A DNA stretch of 64,000 bases from a virus (Duplodnaviria; Caudoviricetes). The DNA lies in IMG/VR virus record IMGVR_UViG_3300028833_000094, positions 1 through 64,000 of that record, one strand, 5' to 3'. The notes beneath the pieces are model-generated. The model was not told where the DNA came from. It made no database searches and saw only the letters and a program-made list of their open reading frames with translations. Positions 57,095-64,000 of this stretch are shown here, piece by piece. Made by a program: the position numbers and the translations under genes. The stretch's first letter is position 1; each line of letters starts with the position of its first letter.

Positions 57095-58072
57095 ATGGCA
57101 AACTTTAGTGTAAATCAGGTACGACAGTTTTATGTACTGAATGGTGAGTATGCAGAGACAGTAACAGCTGCTTCCAATAATGGTACTATTGGTGGCCTGA
57201 AGGAAATTAAGGGTCTTCTTGGCCCAGAAGTTATGTTCTTCTATAAGGGAGCTGATAATGAGACTGTACTTCCCAGCGACATTATTCCTCTGAAGAATAT
57301 CACTTATGCAAAGGCTTACGCTGCTGCAGATTTGGCTACTAAGATGCGCAAGGTAAAGGTTACTCTTGCAATCACTCCTACTGCTGGTCAGGATTGTGTT
57401 CTGGGTATTAACTTCAAGAACTTCTTCAGCTCAGGTGATGCTTCTCAGTATTACAAGGATGCTGCTGTTCATGTAACCAGTGCAATGGTATCAGATGTCA
57501 AGGAATTCTATAAGGCAATGGTAGCTGAGCTTAATGCTTGCTTCAGCCGTGAGGATGGTGCAACTGCTACTACTAATCCTTATCTTACCTTCAGTGCTGG
57601 TACTGCAGGTTCAGAGGATGGTATCTATATTGAGGAGAAGCCTCAGGCTTGGAAGCTTGGTACCATGAAGGCTCGCAGGATTATGTTTGATGTTCTCCCT
57701 GGCACTGTTCTTGATAATGGTGATGATGTTATCTGGGGGACTGTAGCTGAGCAGACTCCTACCACTACTGTTAACAATGGTCAGCAGATTGCAGACCTTG
57801 AGTGGTTCTGTGCAGGTGAGCGTGGTGACCAGTATAGGATGAAGGGATGGCCTAACTATGTACATACTGACTATCTGGTAGATCCTACTCAGGCTTACAA
57901 TGTATTGGAGATTCACTATGCATTCACTGATACTGGTGTAAATAGCTACCGTACTGAGAAAGAGATTACCATTGTGGCAAAGACTGCAGCTCATCTGACT
58001 AGCTTCATTACAGCCTTCAATGCTTTGGATTCTGTAGAAGCTGCTGGATTTGCAATTGAAGGTCTTTCCTAA
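57095..58072 (+). CDS. Abundant virion protein (auxiliary capsid protein by synteny)
   Basis: FSVNQVRQFYV, IADLEWFCAGERGD; MCP-like codon bias; followed by terminator. Confidence 0.7.
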   Translation: MANFSVNQVRQFYVLNGEYAETVTAASNNGTIGGLKEIKGLLGPEVMFFYKGADNETVLPSDIIPLKNITYAKAYAAADLATKMRKVKVTLAITPTAGQDCVLGINFKNFFSSGDASQYYKDAAVHVTSAMVSDVKEFYKAMVAELNACFSREDGATATTNPYLTFSAGTAGSEDGIYIEEKPQAWKLGTMKARRIMFDVLPGTVLDNGDDVIWGTVAEQTPTTTVNNGQQIADLEWFCAGERGDQYRMKGWPNYVHTDYLVDPTQAYNVLEIHYAFTDTGVNSYRTEKEITIVAKTAAHLTSFITAFNALDSVEAAGFAIEGLS

Positions 58073-58099
58073 GCTGTGGTAAAACCACAACCTACTGAG

Positions 58100-58143
58100 A
58101 AATTGGGGAGAGGGAGACTAATCCCTTTCCCCTTTAATTTTTA
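58100..58143 (+). terminator. Intrinsic terminator
   Basis: GGGGAGAGGGA...TCCCTTTCCCC hairpin plus T-rich tract. Confidence 0.65.
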
Positions 58144-58162
58144 ACTTAAAATAGATAGAGCT

Positions 58163-58480
58163 ATGAAATATTTGAAAGTGGTATGTTCCAATACTGCACC
58201 TAATGTAAGGGATGCTCTTTGGCTGAAGCCTACAGACGGTGGCTTTACTCTCTATGCTCTTAATGGTGGGTGGAAGCCTGTCAAGATGGAGGAAGGAGAT
58301 GATGAGCCTAAGGCTGAGTATGATGCAGCAGGAGCTGCTGAAGCAGTTAAGACAGCAGTCATTGGTTCTGTGAAAGATAAGAAGACAGCCAATACTATCA
58401 ATGGTGCCAAAGCCTATGCAAAGGATGTAGCAGATGCTGTGAAATCCTATGTGGATGAGAAATTGGCAAAGTTGGATTAA
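58163..58480 (+). CDS. Small virion fibre-like protein
   Basis: AP....LWLKP N-terminus; TINGAKAYAKD coiled stalk-like segment. Confidence 0.6.
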   Translation: MKYLKVVCSNTAPNVRDALWLKPTDGGFTLYALNGGWKPVKMEEGDDEPKAEYDAAGAAEAVKTAVIGSVKDKKTANTINGAKAYAKDVADAVKSYVDEKLAKLD

Positions 58481-58529
58481 TAAAGAAGTTGTCATATAAT
58501 GACAACATAAATAACAAAACGTAGAAGCA

Positions 58530-59183
58530 ATGAGTGTAATATTTGACCAATTAAGGGTTTCTGATGATGGCAAGAGGCTTTTCATAGATTTGCATGTCAA
58601 TCAGGCAACTTACTTTAATGACTACTATCTGAAGAGCCTTACTGTTACTACTGCTGAGTATGTACCAGAATCTGTCAGTGGAATACCTGAGGATTATATC
58701 TATAAGAAAACCTATCCAGATACTGAGGAAGGACGTGTCAAAGAAGACCATTTGCTGCTGAATGTAGGAGACTTGGCTTATGGTACTGTTCAGGCTCCTA
58801 ATACCTTTAGTGGGCCTTTGCTCTTTGTCTTTGCAGAAATCCAAATCCTTGGAAGTGTTGACCCTTGTACTCCTTGTGGTCTTGATGGAGACTATGCTGT
58901 AGCAGTTACCTTTGATACTAATCTGCTGTATCAGCGAGTGATGGATTATACCAAGCAGTTTGGAGATAATTGCACTATTCCTACTGGATTCACTGATTAC
59001 ATTCTCTTGTGGAATGCATTTAAGGCCAGTGTGGAGACAGAGCATTATGTTCCTGCTATCAAGTACTACAACATGTTGTTTGGTATTCCTCATGAGTCTC
59101 CTACAAGAGATGGAAGCCATAGTCCCTTTGGAGGGGCGGGTGCTACCAGTAAGATAATTAAACCTTGTAACTGCAATGGATGA
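58530..59183 (+). CDS. Tail hub-like structural protein A (by synteny)
   Basis: FDQLRVSDDGKRL.ID, PCG, C-terminal CNCNG. Confidence 0.6.
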   Translation: MSVIFDQLRVSDDGKRLFIDLHVNQATYFNDYYLKSLTVTTAEYVPESVSGIPEDYIYKKTYPDTEEGRVKEDHLLLNVGDLAYGTVQAPNTFSGPLLFVFAEIQILGSVDPCTPCGLDGDYAVAVTFDTNLLYQRVMDYTKQFGDNCTIPTGFTDYILLWNAFKASVETEHYVPAIKYYNMLFGIPHESPTRDGSHSPFGGAGATSKIIKPCNCNG

Positions 59184-59568
59184 GCTGATTTATAATGGAG
59201 TAGGCTCCTACTACAATGCCTTGGAGAAGACAGGCTACATGAGCTATGCTAATATGCAGAAGCTTTTGCTGCTTATCTTCTACAGGGACTTTGTATTCCA
59301 TGACTACAGGGGATTATTGAGTAAGGAGGACTACCGTCTGATAGAGAGAGCTTTAGACTGTCTTTGGGGCAGTACGTGTTTAATACCTTATCCAGATTAT
59401 TTGAAGATGGGAAAATTACATTTAGGTGAGATGACCGAAGTAGGTCAGAGACTCAGGAATATTGAGAATACTAAGGTTGTCAAAGTTAAGACTCCTGAAG
59501 AAGATGGCACTGAAGCCTATGAGAAGGTAATCAATGACATTGAGATTCCTGAAGATTCAGGTGATTGA
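59176..59568 (+). CDS. Tail hub-like structural protein B (by synteny)
   Basis: YYNALEKTGY...CLWGSTCLIPYP. Confidence 0.6.
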   Translation: MDELIYNGVGSYYNALEKTGYMSYANMQKLLLLIFYRDFVFHDYRGLLSKEDYRLIERALDCLWGSTCLIPYPDYLKMGKLHLGEMTEVGQRLRNIENTKVVKVKTPEEDGTEAYEKVINDIEIPEDSGD

Positions 59569-59668
59569 GCCTTACTAAGTAAGGTACTTAACTCAGTAAA
59601 TAAAATCTTTAATACGGCTCAGGAGTATACTAAAATGTTGTACTTTTGAGCCGTAATATATAATAACT

Positions 59669-60367
59669 ATGAAAGTAAGAGAGGTCGTATATATGTGCCT
59701 TGACATGCTCAAGGGTTTCAGCGATGACTTTGTATATACAGAGGATCACCTGATATTCCTCTTGAAGAAGTACAGGGCCTTTCTGATTAAGAAAGAGCAG
59801 GACAAGGAGAAAGCCTCTACTGATGTAGCTTCAGAGTTTGAGTATCAGGAGATATGTCTTGACTTGGAGAAGGTAGCAGCTATTGATGGTGAGCCTTGTA
59901 CAGGAGGTTATTATCAGCGTACTACAGCAAAGATTCCTAAGATACTGGAAGGTACTCAGCCCAGAATCTATCCTATGGATTATTTCCAGGGTATCAATGT
60001 AAGCTATATCAGCAGGGACAGGATGAGGTATGTGGGAACCAATCCTTATCTCCAGAATATCCTCTATGTAGCCTTAGGTCCAGATATGCATCTGTATCTG
60101 AACAGTAACAATCCACAGTTCTTCTATATGAAGAAACTTAGGATGAGTGCTATCTTTGAGGATTTTGATGAAGCAGTGGATTTGCTTTGTGATAATGGAG
60201 ATGATTCCACAGAAGGCTGTGATGTACTGGATTCAGAATTTCCTATCAGGGAATATCTGGTTCCTCCTTTAATTGAACTGGTAGTAAAAGAGCTTTCAGG
60301 TTTCAAGTACCAGAAGGAGGATGTACAGAATAATGCCAAGGATAATATGCCTGAGAACTCCCGATAA
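59669..60367 (+). CDS. Tail ring protein (by synteny)
   Basis: REVVYMCLD, YQEICLDLE, D.EFPI...LV. Confidence 0.65.
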   Translation: MKVREVVYMCLDMLKGFSDDFVYTEDHLIFLLKKYRAFLIKKEQDKEKASTDVASEFEYQEICLDLEKVAAIDGEPCTGGYYQRTTAKIPKILEGTQPRIYPMDYFQGINVSYISRDRMRYVGTNPYLQNILYVALGPDMHLYLNSNNPQFFYMKKLRMSAIFEDFDEAVDLLCDNGDDSTEGCDVLDSEFPIREYLVPPLIELVVKELSGFKYQKEDVQNNAKDNMPENSR

Positions 60368-60370
60368 GCC

Positions 60371-60910
60371 ATGCAGACACTGGAAGAGTTCAAGACAGCA
60401 CACATGCCCAAAAGGACAGGTAAGGGTAACAGAAATATCATTGTCACCAATTCATGGGGTGTGTATGACGCATATAAGCTAATCAGAAAGAATGGATGGT
60501 ACAATATTGGGAGACCTCTGAAAGAGAAAGAGTTCTATGCTATAATAAGAGGAGTCAATAAACTTCTGGCAGAGAATATCATCAATGGTGAGACTGTGAA
60601 GTTTCCTGAGAAGATGGGACTCTTAGAGTTAAGGAAATGGGAGAAAGGAGTCAGTATTGTAAATGGCAAGTTGAAGGTAAACTATCCAATAGACTGGGGA
60701 GAAACCTGGAAGCTATGGTACAATGACCCTGAGGCATTTAAGAACAAAACCTTATTAAGAGATGAGAAAAATGATATATTCTCTATAAGGTATGTCAAGA
60801 ACAATGCTACCTATGAGAACAAGCTGTTCTATCAGTTTGTGCTTAACCGTAAGATAAAGAAGCGTCTCAAAGTGAATATTAAGAATGATAAAATAGATAC
60901 ACTATGGTAA
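60371..60910 (+). CDS. Divergent IHF-like protein of crAss-like phages
   Basis: IINGETVKFPEKMGLLELRK, IDWGET. Confidence 0.65.
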   Translation: MQTLEEFKTAHMPKRTGKGNRNIIVTNSWGVYDAYKLIRKNGWYNIGRPLKEKEFYAIIRGVNKLLAENIINGETVKFPEKMGLLELRKWEKGVSIVNGKLKVNYPIDWGETWKLWYNDPEAFKNKTLLRDEKNDIFSIRYVKNNATYENKLFYQFVLNRKIKKRLKVNIKNDKIDTLW

Positions 60911-61665
60911 GTGAGATTAGATATACAACAGTTAAGAGAGTATTGGATGACTTGCTTGACCATCCCCAGTTAAGGGATTTAACCTTGGAACAAGTAGTCA
61001 GGCATGTAATCCGCTTTATTGCTCTACATGGATATCCCAAACTCTACGAAGACAAGATAGAGAATGTGGAGATTCATGAGTTCAGGGGTTTGCTTCCTTG
61101 TGACCTGATAAAGATTATTCAAGTGAAAGACTTGAAGCACCATGTGTGTATGAGAGCTATGACAGATAATTTCACTCCAGGAATGAGACCTGAGATAGAG
61201 GAGAGAGGAAAGAGGAGAGAGGAGAGAGATATGCACCATCATCCATTCCATCATCCTCATCATTTCTGGCATGGAGAACCAGCCTTTAAAACTCAGGGAA
61301 GGGTTATCTATACCTCATTCCCTGAAGGAATCATTCAGATAGCCTATAAGTCTATTCCTGTAGATGAAGATGGGTATCCTAAATTGATTGATAATGAGGT
61401 ATATCTTGGTGCTTTGGAAGCCTATATCAAGAAGCAGGTATTTACCGTGAAATTTGATACAGGAAAGATTTCCTCTGGTGTACTGGATAATGCCAAGCAA
61501 GACTATGCTTTCCTTGCCAAAGAACTTCAGGCAGAATTCACTATTCCTTCTGTCAGTGAAGCAGAGGCTATGTCAAGGCAGTATCAGACATTGATTCTTA
61601 ATATGAGAAGCTTTGACAGAGGATTTAAGGATTTAGGTAATAGAGAGTATTTGAGGAGACATTAA
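60904..61665 (+). CDS. Tail tubular/ring protein with His-rich insert
   Basis: LPCDL, IAYKSIPVDEDGYPKL; directly before muzzle gene. Confidence 0.7.
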   Translation: MVSEIRYTTVKRVLDDLLDHPQLRDLTLEQVVRHVIRFIALHGYPKLYEDKIENVEIHEFRGLLPCDLIKIIQVKDLKHHVCMRAMTDNFTPGMRPEIEERGKRREERDMHHHPFHHPHHFWHGEPAFKTQGRVIYTSFPEGIIQIAYKSIPVDEDGYPKLIDNEVYLGALEAYIKKQVFTVKFDTGKISSGVLDNAKQDYAFLAKELQAEFTIPSVSEAEAMSRQYQTLILNMRSFDRGFKDLGNREYLRRH

Positions 61666-61705
61666 AGATTCAGGATTCAGGTTTCAAGATTAAAGATTAA
61701 GGAGA

Positions 61706-64000
61706 ATGAAAAGAGTAGAATCACATATATTCCAGGGAATGCAGAGAGATGTGAGTATCTCTAAGCAGCAGCCTCAGTTTCTATGGGATGCAGTAAATAT
61801 CAGACTGACAGCCAGAGAAGGTGATACCTTGATGAGTATTACCAATGAGAAGGGTTCTGTTGAAAGTGGTATATATTGTACAGGCTCCTATATGGGACAT
61901 TGTGTCATAGGTAATAACCTTGTAGTGTTCACTACAGATGATGGATATGATTATATCTACAGAATAACAAAGATGGAAGAAGGTTTCTTCAAAAAGAAGA
62001 AACTTTATGGTGGAAGTATAGGGCAACCAAGTCTTGGTTTTGACCCATCATATCCTCTTCAAACACTGGGTGTGTATGAGAATGAACATATCCAAAAAGT
62101 ATATTGGACAGATGGAATTAATCAGCCAAGAGTTATCAATATTGTAAAAGACCTTCTTAATTCTGCTGCAACTGAATATTACAATGAAAAGTCTTTTGAT
62201 TTTGTCCCTGAGATGCAGCTTGATGATTCTATTCATGTTAAAAAACTTAGTGACAGCAGCGGAAGCTTTCCCTCAGGTGTAATTCAGTATGCTGTTACCT
62301 ATTATAATAAATATGGGCAGCAGAGTAATATCAGCTGTGTATCTCCTCTGATACCTATCTCATTTTTTGGAAGAGCTGGAAGTCCTGAAGAAAAAGTAAG
62401 TAATTCATTTAGAATTGTAATTAATAATCCTGATACTACTTTTGAATATTTAAGACTTTACTCTATATTTAGAAGTAGCCTGAACGGTACTCCTATTTGT
62501 AAGAGAGTAGAAGATGTAAAATTAGGAGATGGAGGAACCAGCGGTACTTACTATAAAATGGAAACTTCTGGAACTATTATTTCTAATTATTTCTGGGTTA
62601 CAGGCGCTTACCAGGCTACTGAAAGTAATGGAGACCCTTTTAATCAATCTGGATTTGTATATACTGAGCATGTTCCCTATGTTAATAATGGCTCTTTTTT
62701 CCATATACAAAAGGGCAGCAGTACAGAACACCTAGTAATTAAAATAAAACAACAAAATAATACATATAAATATATTACCTGGGGTGATGCTACAGAAATT
62801 TTTATATCTAAAAACTCCTTAGCTGGAGGTGCTGGTACAGCATATTATGTTGTAGGAGCTGATGGCATGAATGAGACAGGTGATTTTAGAAATGCAGCGA
62901 ATTTATTTATATCCACAGAAGAAATACAATATGTAGAGAAAAGAACTGTGGAGAATGTTACTATTACCGATAATGGTAGTATTGGAGAAAATATTGATCC
63001 ACAGGAGTTGTTTTATATTGGAGGTGATGAAATCGTTGCAGAAACTATAGAATCTAAAGATGGAACTTTGTTTTTGGGTAATATTGTACTAAAGCAAGCT
63101 CAAATAGAAAGTTTAAAGAGTAGTATTAAAAATGGTGTAACTATTACTAACAACAATACAAGACAAGTTTCCAGAGCTATTGCTTTAAATAGTAATAATT
63201 ATAAATGGGGAAGTTCTCTAAATTCAACGGGAGCTGATGATTATGCTACTAATCCTGCAGGATTTAAGTATGGGGAGCATTACAGACTTGGTGTTCAATT
63301 TCAATACAAGAATGGAAAATGGAGTGAGCCTGTATATATACCTAATATGTCTGGTAATACTGATATAGGAAGTTATATATGTAATGAAAATCCTGAATAT
63401 AATGAAAGTTCTAGTTCAAGTAGTTCTGAGGTATATAACATCCCATGTTTTAAAGGTGTTTTAAGTAGTGATATTAGGATTGCTTTACAGAGTAAAGGAT
63501 ATAAAAGAGTAAGAGGAGTTGTGGTTTTTCCTACAACTTCAGATAGACTTATTCTGGCACAGGGAATATTAAATCCTACTGTGTCTTGTGTTACTGCTCA
63601 TGATCAACATTCTCCTGATTATCAAAGTTCTTGGTTTTTCAGACCTTGGATCTCTTCAAGTTTTAATAATGATAGTAATATATTAGAAGGAGCTGTAGTT
63701 GAATGGGAACACAATACTAAGTTATTTGGTTTCAATGACAGAGGTGCAGAAATACAGGGATTGCCAGTAAACTATACCAATTGGAGTATGATGGGCAACA
63801 CTATTAATTTTGGAGGAGGGCCTTTTAGTCCTGTTTATTTTGATAATGTTAATATTGGAAATAAAAATAATCCCAAATATGTGACAGTTAGACAAGATTT
63901 AGCAGATAGTGTTTTCTATGTAGACCAACAATATGTTACTATGCATTCTCCTGAATTTGAGTTTGAGGATTCCTTGAAGAATTTAGATTTCATAGAAACA
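61706..64000 (+). CDS. Tail stabilisation/muzzle protein, partial (runs off window end)
   Basis: ATG at 61706: MKRVESHIFQGMQRDVS...NIR...SITNEKG; KVYWTDGINQPRVINI, YRLGVQFQ..GKWSEP, HSPE; absent from ORF track because no stop in window. Confidence 0.8.
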   Translation, partial: MKRVESHIFQGMQRDVSISKQQPQFLWDAVNIRLTAREGDTLMSITNEKGSVESGIYCTGSYMGHCVIGNNLVVFTTDDGYDYIYRITKMEEGFFKKKKLYGGSIGQPSLGFDPSYPLQTLGVYENEHIQKVYWTDGINQPRVINIVKDLLNSAATEYYNEKSFDFVPEMQLDDSIHVKKLSDSSGSFPSGVIQYAVTYYNKYGQQSNISCVSPLIPISFFGRAGSPEEKVSNSFRIVINNPDTTFEYLRLYSIFRSSLNGTPICKRVEDVKLGDGGTSGTYYKMETSGTIISNYFWVTGAYQATESNGDPFNQSGFVYTEHVPYVNNGSFFHIQKGSSTEHLVIKIKQQNNTYKYITWGDATEIFISKNSLAGGAGTAYYVVGADGMNETGDFRNAANLFISTEEIQYVEKRTVENVTITDNGSIGENIDPQELFYIGGDEIVAETIESKDGTLFLGNIVLKQAQIESLKSSIKNGVTITNNNTRQVSRAIALNSNNYKWGSSLNSTGADDYATNPAGFKYGEHYRLGVQFQYKNGKWSEPVYIPNMSGNTDIGSYICNENPEYNESSSSSSSEVYNIPCFKGVLSSDIRIALQSKGYKRVRGVVVFPTTSDRLILAQGILNPTVSCVTAHDQHSPDYQSSWFFRPWISSSFNNDSNILEGAVVEWEHNTKLFGFNDRGAEIQGLPVNYTNWSMMGNTINFGGGPFSPVYFDNVNIGNKNNPKYVTVRQDLADSVFYVDQQYVTMHSPEFEFEDSLKNLDFIET

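Noticed and set aside
1-64000. Stop-codon reassignment, as seen in some crAss-like phages
   Set aside because: Long genes (polA, nrdD, terL, MCP) are intact in the standard code, TAG and TGA end several packed genes, and no suppressor tRNA was found.

Overview
This window is the central part of a crAss-like (Crassvirales) phage genome, most likely infecting Bacteroidota (Prevotella/Bacteroides-type promoters, no Shine-Dalgarno pattern). It reads in the standard genetic code. From 1 to about 41,000 genes lie on the minus strand: an accessory array of small paralogous genes, PolA, dUTPase, NrdDG, nucleases, UDG, a four-gene Ubl-E2-JAB-E1 ubiquitin-like cluster, primase, SSB, Sak4-like ATPase, DnaB, an SF2 helicase, tRNA-Arg and many small early genes. 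From about 41,400 to the end genes lie on the plus strand: spanin-like gene, HU/GroES-like genes, terminase, scaffold, major capsid protein, ring, hub and muzzle proteins in crAss001-like order. The most notable items are: (1) an IntDOT-type integrase beside a tRNA-Lys gene flanked by two identically spaced triplets of arm-like repeats, i.e. an attP-like site in a normally non-integrating phage group; (2) the complete phage ubiquitin-like conjugation cluster with a Ubl-fusion precursor; (3) a roughly 420-nt structured non-coding unit between a promoter and a terminator; (4) two tRNA-shaped RNAs with the anticodon arm replaced, and a covarying hairpin leader shared by one of them and tRNA-Arg. 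All annotations come from motif reading and recalled synteny; no database searches were run.
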